A DNA stretch of 64,000 nucleotides, taken from an uncultured bacterium (GTDB taxonomy: Bacteria; Babelota; Babeliae; Babelales; Vermiphilaceae). The notes beneath the pieces were generated by a model. It worked only from the letters and a program-made list of their open reading frames with translations, did not search any database and was not told where the DNA came from. Position numbers and translations under genes: made by a program. The stretch spans positions 480,001 to 544,000 of the forward strand of contig CAVSFC010000002.1 in the NCBI GenBank assembly GCA_963727255.1, given 5' to 3'. Shown here piece by piece: positions 10,813 to 22,547 of this stretch. Each line of letters begins with the position of its first letter. Position 1 is the first letter of the stretch.

Positions 10813-12037
10813 ATGGCAACTATTAAAAAATTTATACTATTATTTTTTTTCTTGCTCTCCTTCGTTAGCATTCACCAGAATTCAAATTAGGAATAGAAAA
10901 CATTCCCAAAAAATGATATAGCACTATTCTAATAAAAAACTTTCAGTTGACTTAGTTACCAATCAAACCGGTAAAGATCAAAAGGGAAATCGTACCGTTG
11001 ATGTACTCTTAAAAAAAGGATTCAAGATTTCTGCATTATTTGCGCCTGAACATGGCATTGAGGGGAAAATAGAGCTTGAAAGAGATGTAAAAGATGGAAT
11101 TGATATAAAAACAGGAATTCCAGTAATTAGTCTATATAAAAATGGTACGGGAAGAAAAATTGAACCTGAAATGATCAAAAATATTGATGCATTCTTTTTT
11201 GATATTCAAGATTCTGGCATGCGCCATTATACCTATATTTCAACATGTTTATGATTTTGCAGGTAGCTGCCCAAGAAGGAAAGCAAGTAGTGGTATTTGA
11301 TCGGCCTAATCCATTAGGAAAAACGATGGAAGGCCCTCTGGTTGATCCAACCTTAATTTCATTTATTTCAATTGCATCAATTCCTTTGCGGCATGGTATG
11401 ACGGTTGGCGAGCTTGCAGAATATTTTAATTAGCATGTTCTGGAAAAAAAAGCACATCTTATGGTTGTGCCCATGAAAGAATATGATCGGGCATATGGCA
11501 TTGCCGATCTGCATGCGCCCCTTTCGCCCAACATTGCAAGTAAGGCATCTTGCCATGGGTATTGCTTCTTAGGTTTGCTGGGAGAAGTGAGCCCGTTTGA
11601 TGTGGCAGTGGGGACGCCCGATGCATTTCAGGTGATTACATTGCCTGAATCTTTGGCAGTTCCGCAAGCAGTATGGCAACAATTGGCTGCGACAATTAAA
11701 AGCGTATGGTATTAATTGTACCGCATATAAATTTTACTGTGAGCGCAAAAAAGAGACCCATTGTGGATTGAAGCTATCAATGCCAAATATTAATCAAGTG
11801 AATGCGTTTAATGCATTTTTGTCTACCGTTGCTACTATGAAAAAAGCAGGTGTCCCTATCGATTTTAAGCCGATTTTTGATAAAGCAGCCGGCAGCAAAC
11901 AAGTGCGATTATTCCTAATGGGCATCATGACCTATGAAGAAATGATCAACGAAGTTAATAGTGGCCTGCAGGCATTTTTCCAAAAGGCACAATCGGTATT
12001 TAAATATCTGCCGCATCCGGAATTGATATTTAATTAA
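10813..12037 (+). CDS. DUF1343 / NamZ (exo-beta-N-acetylmuramidase)-like protein (frameshifted)
   Basis: LVTNQTG, LFAPEHG, FDIQDSGMRHYTYIST, DRPNPLG and PLRHGMTVGELA motifs across frames. Confidence 0.85.
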
Positions 12038-12040
12038 AAT

Positions 12041-12080
12041 AAAAAGCTGGGTGAATTTATGGCTCATCCAGCTTTTATTA
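12041..12080. terminator. Bidirectional intrinsic terminator
   Basis: AAAAAGCTGGGTGA..TCATCCAGCTTTT hairpin between convergent genes. Confidence 0.6.
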
Positions 12081-12091
12081 TTTAAATGAAT

Positions 12092-12679
12092 CTATTTAAA
12101 CCATCCGCGAACAGTATCGGCAACTGATGTAAAGAAATCGCGTACTGCATTATAAGCGCGTTCTAAAAAGTTCTCCGGCACGGTTTGGCAGGTGCCCGAT
12201 GCTTCAGTCTCGGCTTTGGCTTCTGGTTTGCCGCCTTTGGCCATTTCTTCTGTTTTTTTTTCCATTGCAGGTTCTGCGCCTTCAGCGCCAGTTGATTTCA
12301 TGCGTGAAACGGTTGAGCTTATCTCATTTTTTAGATTTTCTGAAAATCCTGACGTGCTTGTAACTGGCTTGCCCTTGTTTAAATAGACAAAGGTTGGTAA
12401 TGATTGAACGTTATATTTTTGCACAATGTCTGGGCTGGTATCAGCATCAACTTGCGCAAAAACAACTCCGGCAAATTGCGGATCCTTAGATATATTTTCA
12501 AATGGTTTTTCTGCACGTAAGCAAGCAGGGCACCATTTTGCGCCAACTTTCACTACTGCTGGTTTATTACTATTTAATACTGAGCTCGTAAATTGATCTG
12601 TAGAACTGATGTGAAGAACTTCAGCATTGCATAAAAATGAAGTGCACAAGAAAGCGATCATGCCTTTTGCAAAATTCAT
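12092..12679 (-). CDS. Exported thioredoxin-family protein
   Basis: Signal peptide, WCPAC active site, SLPTF cis-Pro motif, extended C-terminus. Confidence 0.85.
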   Translation of the reverse strand: MNFAKGMIAFLCTSFLCNAEVLHISSTDQFTSSVLNSNKPAVVKVGAKWCPACLRAEKPFENISKDPQFAGVVFAQVDADTSPDIVQKYNVQSLPTFVYLNKGKPVTSTSGFSENLKNEISSTVSRMKSTGAEGAEPAMEKKTEEMAKGGKPEAKAETEASGTCQTVPENFLERAYNAVRDFFTSVADTVRGWFK

Positions 12680-13188
12680 AGATTCTTCCTTTTTTTAGTT
12701 AAGAAGGGGGCATTTATAACGGAGATTATCCTATCATAAAAAAGTGGTGATGTGTCAATAGGTATAAAATTGCTGATAGATTTTTAGAATATTTAAAAAA
12801 TGTTACTTATTAAATGCATAAGAATCGCACAGTATATTGATTGCGCATATCAGGAGATGAATAAAGTGTTCTATTACATGATACTATCACTCTATTTTAT
12901 TTTCAATATGAAAATTGGTTTGGCTCTTACTGAATAAAAAATGATGAATATATAGCTATAAAAAAAATAAAAAAATGATTGATTCTGCGAGATCAAACCG
13001 TTACATTAGGTGATAAGCATTTTAAAAAGCTGTTTCATATAGAAATCATTTTAAAATTTTTTGAAGATTAGTAGAGTTACGGATAGCGTCGTAACATAGA
13101 CGTGATAGAGCCACTTCGTGCCATTTTTTTCTAAAAATAAGAATGAAAAAAGGAAGAATTACGACGGTTGAAAAACGAAAGGGTTGCC

Positions 13189-15811
13189 ATGGAAGCACAA
13201 AGAAATAATATGGAGGTCAAATCGATATGCTGCATTTGGTCGATATGTCAATGAAAAAGAGTTTAATGATAAATGGAGCGCATTGCGCGGGTGAAATCTC
13301 CTGATGGAACATTTTTATCATTTAATGTAAATGAATTGCGTGCTTCTATTGAATGGGCATGTATTGGCCATGAAAAAGAAGTATCAGTTGATTTGATTTT
13401 GCAAGAAGTGATTAATACTATTTTTGATGGTGTTTCTTCGCGTGAAATTGCTGATGCATTAATTATGGCGGCGTCATCATTTATTGAGCGTGATCCGGCA
13501 TATAACTATGTTGCGGCGCAATTATTGCTTAAAAAATTATTTAAAGAAGTAACCGGTACTACCATTCGTTCTGCCGCATATGATCAGCTTATATCGCCAA
13601 TCATTTATTGATAGTATTAAAGAAGGTGTTGCAGGAAGGTGGTCTTGATACGCGATTGCTGGAATTTGATCTTGAATATGCTTGCGCAAGCATTGCATTT
13701 AGAGCGTGATTCATTATTTGAATATATGGGTCTTAAAACACTCAATGAGCGTTATTTTAATAAGATTGAAGGCGAGCGCTTGGAATTGCCGCAAGCATTT
13801 TGGATGCGCGTTGCAATGGGCGTTTCATTGAATGAAGCAAATAAAAATGAAGCGCGCTTGAATTTTATAATCTGATTTCATCCATGCGCTATGTGCCAAG
13901 TACGCCAACATTATTGCATGCAGGGTATGGCGCGCCCGCAATTAAGCTCATGCTTTTTAACCACTGTTGAAGATGATCTTAAAGCATATTTTTAAATGTC
14001 TTAGGTGATAATGCGCAACTTTCAAAATGGTCGGGCGGTGTTGCAAATGATTGGACCAATATTCGTGCAACTGGTGCAATGATTAAAACTATTAAAACAG
14101 AAAGCCAAGGCGTTATTCCATTTCTTAAAAATTGCCAATGATGTAACTGCTGCAATTAATCGCAGTGGAAGTCGCCGTGGTGCAACATGTGTATATCTGG
14201 AAACATGGCATTTGGATTATGAAGATTTTCTTGATTTGCGAAAGAAATACCGGTGATGAACGTCGCCGTACTCATGATATTAATACCGCAAACTGGATTC
14301 CTGATCTTATTTATGAAGCGTGTTGCTCAATGATGAAGAATGGACATTCTTCTCTCCTGAAGAAGTGCCTGATTTGCATCATATTTATGGCAAAGCATTT
14401 GAAGAACGCTATGATGAGTATGAACAAATGGCAGCACGTGGTGAAATTAAAAAATTTAAAAAGATTCGCAAGCAACAGCATTATGGCGTAAAATGTTGAG
14501 CCGTTTATTTGAAACGGGTCATCCATGGATCACATTTAAAGATCCTTGCAATATTCGTTCTCCGCAAGATCATGTTGGCGTTGTGCATTCATCAAATTTA
14601 TGCACAGAAATTACGCTCAATACTTCAGCAGAAGAAACAGCGGTATGTAATTTAGGTTCGGTTAATCTTAGCGAGCATATTGTTGATGGCAAACTTGATG
14701 AAGCAAATGCTTGCAACAAACAATTGACACTTGCAATGCGTATGCTTGATAATGTGATTGATATTAATTTTTATCCAACCATTGAAGCGCAAAATGCAAA
14801 CTTCCGCCATCGCCCGGTTGGTCTTGGCATTATGGGATTTCAAGATGCATTGTATAAACTTGATATTACATTTTGCATCGCGCAAGCGCATTGAAGTTTC
14901 TGATGATATTATGGAAACGGTTTCATATTATGCAATTCTTGCTTCATCCAATTAGCAAAAGAACGCGGTGCATATGCAATCATATAAAGGTTCAAAATGG
15001 GATCGTAATATTTTCCCGCAAGATACCCTTGCATTTGCTTGAGCAAGAGCGCGGTATAGCAATTCCGATAATCAAAGACGTGGCAAACTTGATTGGACTC
15101 CAGTGCGCGAGCATGTGAAAGAATATGGCATGCGTAATTCAAATTGCTATGGCAATTGCACCAACGGCAACCATTTCTAATATTGTTGGCTGCTTCCCGT
15201 GCATTGAGCCGATTTATAAAAATCTTTATGTAAAAGCAAATATGAGTGGTGAATTTACCGTCGTTAATAAATATCTTGGTAGAAGATTTGAAAAAGCTTG
15301 GGCTTTGGGATCAAGAGATGCTTGAGCTGCTCAAATATTATGATGGCAGTTTGCAGATGATTGAAAGAATTCCAGCATCACTTAAAAGAAAAATATAAAG
15401 AAGTATTTGAAATTGATCCTGAATGGCTGATTGAAATTACGGCAGCGCGTGGCAAATGGATTGATCAAAGTCAATCACATAATGTGTTTATGAAAGGTGT
15501 TTCAGGCAAAAAGCTGAATGATATTTATATTACAGCATGGAAGCTGGACTTAAAGACAACCTATTATTTGCGCACATTGGTGCATCTCAGATTGAAAAAT
15601 CAACGCTTGATGCAAAGAAATATGGGTTTACGCAAAAGCGTGAATATGGATCAGCGAGATACCAAGCATGCAATGCTGCAACTGATATCGAAGTAGCCAA
15701 TCAATGAATGCAGCAGCATCTGCAAGTGGTAGATGAGCGAGAGCTCAGTCTGCATGATGAGTTCATGTTCATATTTCGATCAGATCCTGAGTGTGAATGT
15801 TATGTCAATAA
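13189..15811 (+). CDS. nrdA: Ribonucleoside-diphosphate reductase alpha subunit with N-terminal ATP cone (many frameshifts)
   Basis: [74 protein letters not shown] motifs. Confidence 0.93.
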
Positions 15812-15833
15812 TATAAAGATATAAGGAATAACT

Positions 15834-16841
15834 ATGGCAAAAAAAGGTATTATTAAATAATTCAGCAGTTGATCCGAATAAAATTTTACCAATGAGCTAT
15901 CTATGGGCGCGCCAACATTATAAAGATGGTGTTGCAAATAATTGGACCCCAGAAGAAGTTTCAATGCAAAAAGATATTGAGCAATGGAAATCACCGACGG
16001 TGTTAACTGAAACAGAACGCCGCATAATACTTTATAATCTGGGTTTTTTTTCAACGGCAGAATCATTAACCGCAAATAATTTGGTGCTTGCAGTCTATAA
16101 ACATGTTACCAATCCTGAATGCCGCCAATATTTATTGCGTCAGGCATTTGAAGAAGCGGTACATACCGATACCTTTATTTATTGTTGCGATTCATTTGGG
16201 CTTAGATCCTGATGAAATTTATAATATGTATCAAACTATTCCTTCAATTAAAGAGAAAGATGATTTTGTGATTCAATTAACCACATCAATCTTTGATCCT
16301 AATTTTACACCGAATGGCATTGCCAAATATTCAACAATTTTTACATGATCTGATTGGATATTATGTGATCATGGAAGGAATCTTCTTCTATGCCGGTTTT
16401 GCAATGATGTTGCATTAAAGCGTCAAGGTAAAATGGTTGGTATTGGTGAACAGTTTGAATATATTATGCGTGATGAAAGTCTTCATCTTGGCATTTGGTT
16501 GTGATTTAATCAATACGATTAAAGCAGAAAATCCCGCAAGTATGGACGCCTGAATTCCAAGAAGATATTGTTGAACTGATTAAACAAGCAGTTATTCTTG
16601 AAAAAAAATATGCAATTGATGCGTGCCCGCAAGGGGTGCTTGGCATTAATCCGCAACAATTTTGCGAATATGTGGAATATATTGCTGATCGCCGCTTAGA
16701 ACGAATTGATTTGCCAAAAGTATATGGCACCAAAATCCATTCCCATGGATGTCGCAAGCGATTGATTTGAATAAAGAAAAGAATTTCTTTGAAACACGGG
16801 TGACCGAATATCAAACAGCCGGTTCACTTGAATGGGAATAA
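15834..16841 (+). CDS. nrdB: Ribonucleotide reductase beta subunit, class Ic (R2c) signature (frameshifted)
   Basis: [56 protein letters not shown] motifs. Confidence 0.92.
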
Positions 16842-16863
16842 GATACAGAGTCTTTTAAAAAGA

Positions 16864-16894
16864 ATAGGGCGGGCTTCAACCCGCCTTTTCTATT
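16864..16894 (+). terminator. Intrinsic terminator after nrdB
   Basis: GGCGGG-CTTCAA-CCCGCC hairpin followed by TTTTCT. Confidence 0.7.
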
Positions 16895-17072
16895 TGTAAC
16901 ATTTAAGCTATTTGTGAACTGGTTGTTTTTCTAATCGATTGCCGATTTAAAAATGTTTTAGCCGCTCTTAAATGGTATAAAAACAAATTCTCCCTCATTT
17001 ATTGATTTTCATGTTTGTAATTATTTATTCTTGATTTGAATAGACAGTTCAATTTTTAGAGGGAATAGGGAA

Positions 17073-17924
17073 ATGAAGATTTATATACTATTTTTTAGCG
17101 TTATCTGTTTGCTGCTCAATGGGATGGAGCGAGTGTCTTCTGAAAAAGGGAATCTTAATAATAAAAAAGTTAAAAAAAGTAATGATAACAGTTCGTCGAG
17201 CGCTTCACCTTTTGATTCAATCGCTCTTGATCAGCAAATCAAAAAGAAATATTATGTGAGTAATGAACAAGAGCTCAATGATTTATTTAAACAGCATGGA
17301 ATATCCCTTGATGATATAGAACAAAAACGTGTATCGGTCGTATTGAAATCGCCTTCTGATGATATTCTGCCAAAGCTCGATTTAAAAGCTATAGATAAAA
17401 AAGAAAGTAAGGATCTCGAAAAAGGAGAAGCCGCATTATTATCTAAAAAAGATCTTGAAGAGACAGTAGATTTTTATGCAAAATTAACAGAGCAAGATAT
17501 TTCAAAAATTAAAAATAGATTAGTTGAGCTGCTGGTGGGCATACATAAAAATCCCTCAGAAACTCCCAAAAATATCTCTGATCCTGAAAAAAATGGAAAA
17601 ATACAAAAAGGAGTTCAGGCGTTGCGAAAAGCGACTCTTGAGCAGAAAAATGTAGGCACACATCGGGAACAAATTGCTAAGAAGAGTCCGCTTGTTGCTC
17701 AAGTAACGCGTGACCCAAAACCCAAAGAATTAGTTGCAAATACAGATCCTGATATTCAGGATAATCTTTCTGAGATTAACACTGTGGTTAATAAGTTATT
17801 GAATGATAAATTAACAGAATCGCAGGGAAATACAAAATTTGCAGCAATTTGCGGGATTATAGGCACCTTGGGTTCTTCGGCTATTACCGCAGGCTTTACC
17901 TATTTGGCAACGAAAAAACATTGA
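17073..17924 (+). CDS. Secreted hypothetical protein with C-terminal hydrophobic helix
   Basis: Signal peptide ending LNG-ME, charged body, C-terminal transmembrane-like segment. Confidence 0.7.
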   Translation: MKIYILFFSVICLLLNGMERVSSEKGNLNNKKVKKSNDNSSSSASPFDSIALDQQIKKKYYVSNEQELNDLFKQHGISLDDIEQKRVSVVLKSPSDDILPKLDLKAIDKKESKDLEKGEAALLSKKDLEETVDFYAKLTEQDISKIKNRLVELLVGIHKNPSETPKNISDPEKNGKIQKGVQALRKATLEQKNVGTHREQIAKKSPLVAQVTRDPKPKELVANTDPDIQDNLSEINTVVNKLLNDKLTESQGNTKFAAICGIIGTLGSSAITAGFTYLATKKH

Positions 17925-17926
17925 GG

Positions 17927-18352
17927 TTAATTTAATTGTAAAAGAGCCTCTTGTAGAATTTTCTTGAGACTTTTTTTATCATGATACCCGTATAAAGTAA
18001 CCAATGGTTTGCCATCAAGAAAAATGATAAGCGTTGGCAACGTTGAGATATGATATCGCGCTGAAAGCGCGCGTTGTTCATCAGTATTTACTTCGATAAA
18101 CAATACTTGATCGAGATCATTATCTTGCGCTAGCGCTTCGATAACTTTATGCATTTGCCTGCATGGGCCGCACCAGTCCGCAAAAAAATCAACTAAAATA
18201 AGATCATAACGCTCCAGCATGAGTTCAAAATTTTCGATAGTACCCGGTCTGAATATTTTACCGCGAATGGGTTCTTGCCCACCATAGCAAATGGTGGCTT
18301 GAACAAAGAAAAGAAAAGCAAAAAAATTTATTATAAATAGGCGAAACTTCAT
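17927..18352 (-). CDS. Exported thioredoxin
   Basis: DFFADWCGPC motif. The start is more likely MKFRLF at 18352 (GGAG upstream) than the ORF-track start. Confidence 0.85.
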   Translation of the reverse strand: MKFRLFIINFFAFLFFVQATICYGGQEPIRGKIFRPGTIENFELMLERYDLILVDFFADWCGPCRQMHKVIEALAQDNDLDQVLFIEVNTDEQRALSARYHISTLPTLIIFLDGKPLVTLYGYHDKKSLKKILQEALLQLN

Positions 18353-18544
18353 GATGGTGGCTCCTAAATTTAAAATCTGATTATAAAAATACTGGTTCGT
18401 GGTGCCGATTGTCAAATCTGCTGCAAACTTCCTTGCAGAATGCATTTAGTTTTTATTATCCTTCGATGGTAGCGAAAGAAAAAACCATCCATGGTCAAGA
18501 GCGTCTTTAGGCGCATCTGGAACCATTAAATAAAAGAGTTTTCA

Positions 18545-19603
18545 ATGATGCCCTTGAAAGAAGTTGTATATGTACCTTCAGTGCCTGAGCATGTTAGAGC
18601 AATTTTAGTGAGCGATATTGGTGGAACCAATAGTAATTTTGGCATTTCTCAATTAATCGATAGCAAGTATCAATTATTGGTTTCATTGCATGCAAAAAGT
18701 AAAGAAGTTACCAATTTTGCAGATCTCATCGCCGAAGTGCTCGCATACATAAAAGATAAATATAATATCGAGATTAAGCGCGCATGCTTGGCAGCAGCGG
18801 GACCCATTAGCCAAGATCGAACCTTTGTGAAACCGACCAATTTAACGGTCGCACTAGATACTAAAGAAATTTGCAAGAAAGCAAATCTGGATTGTGCATT
18901 TTTAGTAAATGATTTTGAAGTCATCGGTTATGGAATTGAACGCCTCGATCCTAAAAATTTGGTTGCGGTTAATGCAGGGCAGCCCCAAAAATATGCGCAC
19001 AAAGCAATCATAGGTGCCGGTACCGGGCTTGGCAAGTGCATTATGTTTTATAATGCACCCATCGGCCACTATGTACCGATTGCCTCTGAAGGCGGGCATG
19101 CGGATTTTGCTCCGTTGCATCAGCGGGAACTTGATTTGACTAAATATATTCAAAAATATGAAAACTGGACCTGCAATATTTCGTGGGAGGACTTGCTTTC
19201 GGGCAATGGTATTCAGCGCATTTATCATTTCCTGCGCCATTCAGATGAGAAGCAAAAAGTTAATAAACAAACAAGTGTACATGGCCCACGTCCGGATGAA
19301 ATCTTCAAAAATCGGCTGCTAGATCATTATTGTTGGGAAACATTTGAATGGTATACCACCTTTTATGCACGCTGTGCAAAAAATTTTGCACTCGATTCGC
19401 TCGCACTTGGCGGTATTTATATTTGCGGTGGCATCGCCGCAAAAAATTTGGAACTATTCCAACTGCCCGCATTCAAGAATGAATTTTTTAATTGCGGCAA
19501 ACAGGCAGAGCTAATCAAGCAGATTCCGATTTATGTAATCACTGATTATAATGTGAGCCTCTATGGCGCCGCAGAATATATGATGCTTGAAGGGTTATGC
19601 TGA
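18545..19603 (+). CDS. glk: Glucokinase
   Basis: DIGGTNS, LVNDF, IGAGTGLG, SEGGHADF, LLSGNG and GGIA motifs. Confidence 0.92.
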   Translation: MMPLKEVVYVPSVPEHVRAILVSDIGGTNSNFGISQLIDSKYQLLVSLHAKSKEVTNFADLIAEVLAYIKDKYNIEIKRACLAAAGPISQDRTFVKPTNLTVALDTKEICKKANLDCAFLVNDFEVIGYGIERLDPKNLVAVNAGQPQKYAHKAIIGAGTGLGKCIMFYNAPIGHYVPIASEGGHADFAPLHQRELDLTKYIQKYENWTCNISWEDLLSGNGIQRIYHFLRHSDEKQKVNKQTSVHGPRPDEIFKNRLLDHYCWETFEWYTTFYARCAKNFALDSLALGGIYICGGIAAKNLELFQLPAFKNEFFNCGKQAELIKQIPIYVITDYNVSLYGAAEYMMLEGLC

Positions 19604-19609
19604 TCTTAT

Positions 19610-20332
19610 CTAATAGCTTGAAGCATTATGGGCCATCTTAAATAGTTTGTTTGCATAGTAAAAACAATAAAATGCTCCAAAAAAACAATAAGTGCTTGAT
19701 AACAACCTTTCTTGTCGAGCTTGTGAGCATTCACTCTGATAAGTTGGCCATGGTTGTATGCATTTTTTAATTTTTATTAAGATTGTTTTTAGCCCGTCAA
19801 CTCTATCAATTAGTGCTTGAGAGTAAATTGGTACATTTGTATTAAACATTTCATTTTTATTTTTTTGAAAGAAACGATCAAACCTGTAAGAGTCTAAGTG
19901 CCAAATATGCTGTTCAATTTCTTCACGAAGCAATGCCCATGGTTGATGAGGCACCCCAGCTTCAAAGAGCATAGATAAAGGGCCTCTCTTACTAATTATT
20001 TCTTCATAATGTTCAATTAGTTCTTGTCTGAACGAGTTAAGCTGTTCTTCGTTTGTTTGCTCAGTTAAGAATAGCAAATTACTTATTCTATTTTCTAAAA
20101 ATGAAAGGTATTCTTCCGGAGTTTTATATTCATATTTATTATATAGATACGGACAATTTTGAAATGATGTGCAAGCACTTAAAATACCTAATACAATCAT
20201 CCCAAAACCCATAGAAATGTTAATTTTTGATTCAACGTTTGCATTTGCCGAAAAAGAAAACAGCAGCACAGCTGTTAATAAACTTGTTGTTATCTTTCTT
20301 TGTACCAATCTTGAGACAATTTTATTTTTCAT
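19610..20332 (-). CDS. Hypothetical membrane or secreted protein
   Basis: 240-aa ORF with N-terminal and C-terminal hydrophobic segments. Confidence 0.6.
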   Translation of the reverse strand: MKNKIVSRLVQRKITTSLLTAVLLFSFSANANVESKINISMGFGMIVLGILSACTSFQNCPYLYNKYEYKTPEEYLSFLENRISNLLFLTEQTNEEQLNSFRQELIEHYEEIISKRGPLSMLFEAGVPHQPWALLREEIEQHIWHLDSYRFDRFFQKNKNEMFNTNVPIYSQALIDRVDGLKTILIKIKKCIQPWPTYQSECSQARQERLLSSTYCFFGAFYCFYYANKLFKMAHNASSY

Positions 20333-20389
20333 AATCTGACACCATTAACAATATCATCTTAGGAACCCTATTATTTATTGTGAAGAGTT

Positions 20390-21536
20390 TTATTTTACAA
20401 TTCCAGAGAAAAATTTAACGATAGGTATAATTTTTTCTTCACAAAAATTTTTCCATCCGCCATGCCGTTGAGCTACCTGATCTAAATTGTTTGCTGCTAC
20501 TGCCACGCCGCATGCGATGCCTGTTGATATCCCGGCTTTTTCCAAATTACTCAAAGATCGTACTGAAGGTTCTTCTTTCTTTTTTTCAATTAGCTTCTTA
20601 TTTGTGCCATATTCTTTAATTGATTGTTCTAAATCTTTTTGTTTAATTTTTTCTTTCCGCTCAGTTGCAATCTCTGATGCTGAAATAACAAGATCCTGGA
20701 TGATTCGAACATCATTGAATTCTATTAAACTAGCTATTGTTTTCTCACATTTTTGATCACAATTGTTAGGAACTTTATTTTTGCTCAGACAATAATGTAA
20801 AACACGTTGTCGAAAAATATTCTCATTGGTCGGTTTAATTTCATAAATTCGGTTGCCAAATCTACTTTCTATCTGGGGTGCCATGTCAGAACAGTCATTT
20901 GTTATCCCAATGATTATAAGATTTTTATTTTTTTTGCAGTCGTCCATTAGAAGCCAAAAAGTTTCTGCAGTGCCGGGATCGGGTTCATTAATTTTTTTAT
21001 AGCCATCGGTATACCGATGAAATTCATCGATAGCTACCAAAGTTGGTTTTTCAATATTCATAAAAATATCAAAAAATTCTCTTAATTGCTCTGGCCCAGA
21101 ATTTTTAAGTTGGTCTGCGGTGTAAGGTGCTTTGAGCATAATAAAATCAACATTCGCATCTTCGGCAATTGCTTGAACAATGGTGGTTTTGCCGCTTCCG
21201 GGAATGCCTGTGAAAATAGCTGAAGATGGCATTGTGCAATTATCGGGATTTTGTGCGTAATTTTTAATATTTTCGACTAATCTCTTAACAGGATTAGGAG
21301 CAAGATCAAGAACTAAAGCTTTTAGCTCAGGATCTAATTTTTCATGTTCACATTTAAGACTCGAAGTTGTTTGTTTTTTGTTATTATCAATTTGTTTAGA
21401 GGCTTTTAGTTGTTCATTATATCGATTAAAGAGTCGATCATGATCAGAATTCATATCATTGAGTATTTTGTTGTTCGGTAGTTGCTTGTAGTTTTAAACC
21501 GATGATGCATAAACTAAGTAGACGAATTAGTTTCAT
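20390..21536 (-). CDS. AAA+ ATPase with probable signal-peptide-like N-terminus (frameshift near 21455)
   Basis: Walker A GIPGSGKT, Walker B VAIDE, GITN and SRF. An upstream frame reads MKLIRLLSLCIIGLKLQA from 21536. Confidence 0.8.
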
Positions 21537-21634
21537 AGATGCCCTTTCTGCTTGTTGAAATATTGGAGACCAATACTACAAAGTTGGAACGAAAAATCGA
21601 GTGATTGTTTAAGTTGGATTCCTTGATTGGTTGA

Positions 21635-22036
21635 TTACTCATTATGGAAAATTTCTGGCCCACTATCATTAGCAATATCAATCATGCAATTTATTGTGAA
21701 AATACAAAAATGTTTTAAATTATACACCTCATACATTTCACCTGATTGTTTCTTTAGCCATTCTAAATACTCTGAGTTTTCAATTTTAAAAAATGACCAA
21801 TCAGTATAAAAGGTTTTTGAATAATTTTTTTCTAGGAAATCAAGAGTGTCATAGATAAAACTTTCATCAGTGCTTCGATAAGCAAAAACCGAGTTTGGAA
21901 ATGAGACTAAAATCTTTTTTCCAGAGTTATCAAATAAATTTACTTTAAATCCTTCAGGAGTATCGATGATTGATTTTGTATAATAATTGGTCGATAAGTT
22001 TGCAGCAGGTTCCCAACGAATCCATTTTTCTTGCAT
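21635..22036 (-). CDS. Hypothetical protein, tandem paralog, possible immunity protein
   Basis: MQEKWIRWEP..AYRSTDES..WSFFKI..YLEWL..HFCI shared with 22079..22489. Confidence 0.7.
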   Translation of the reverse strand: MQEKWIRWEPAANLSTNYYTKSIIDTPEGFKVNLFDNSGKKILVSFPNSVFAYRSTDESFIYDTLDFLEKNYSKTFYTDWSFFKIENSEYLEWLKKQSGEMYEVYNLKHFCIFTINCMIDIANDSGPEIFHNE

Positions 22037-22078
22037 GGTATTCCTTTCTTGAATTTTTTTGAGACAAACTTTATGCTT

Positions 22079-22489
22079 TTATTTTTGTATATGTACAACT
22101 GTAGGTTCGGAACCGGTAACAATATCAATCATAGAATTCATGGCTAAAATGCAAAAATGTTTCATCATATAATCTTTTGATATGCCTTCAGATTCTTCAT
22201 TGAGCCATTCCAAGTATTTTGAATCTTTAATTTTAAAAAATGTCCAATTTCCATAAAAGTTAGAGCCATAAGTCTTATCAAGATAGCTTATAGTTTGTAT
22301 TAAGAAGCTATCACTAGTACTTCGATAGGCTCGAATTGTATCCGGAAACGACACTAGAACTTTTTCTTCGGTATTGTTTTCCTCGGACAATAGAATTTTG
22401 AATCCATTTATATTATCTATTATTGATTCTACGTAATATTTTTTTGAAAGCTTAGGAATTGGCTCCCATCTGATCCATTTCTCTTCCAT
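22079..22489 (-). CDS. Hypothetical protein, tandem paralog, possible immunity protein
   Basis: MEEKWIRWEP..AYRSTSDS..WTFFKI..YLEWL..HFCI. Confidence 0.7.
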   Translation of the reverse strand: MEEKWIRWEPIPKLSKKYYVESIIDNINGFKILLSEENNTEEKVLVSFPDTIRAYRSTSDSFLIQTISYLDKTYGSNFYGNWTFFKIKDSKYLEWLNEESEGISKDYMMKHFCILAMNSMIDIVTGSEPTVVHIQK

Positions 22490-22547
22490 GGAAATTTCCT
22501 TTTAATAAGACTCGGAGAATTTCGATTTTAATAAAAGTACTTTTTAA

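Noticed and set aside
12680..13188. Long AT-rich intergenic region as oriC, or NrdR boxes
   Set aside because: No DnaA-box cluster seen; only weak partial NrdR-like matches near 12827 and 12945.
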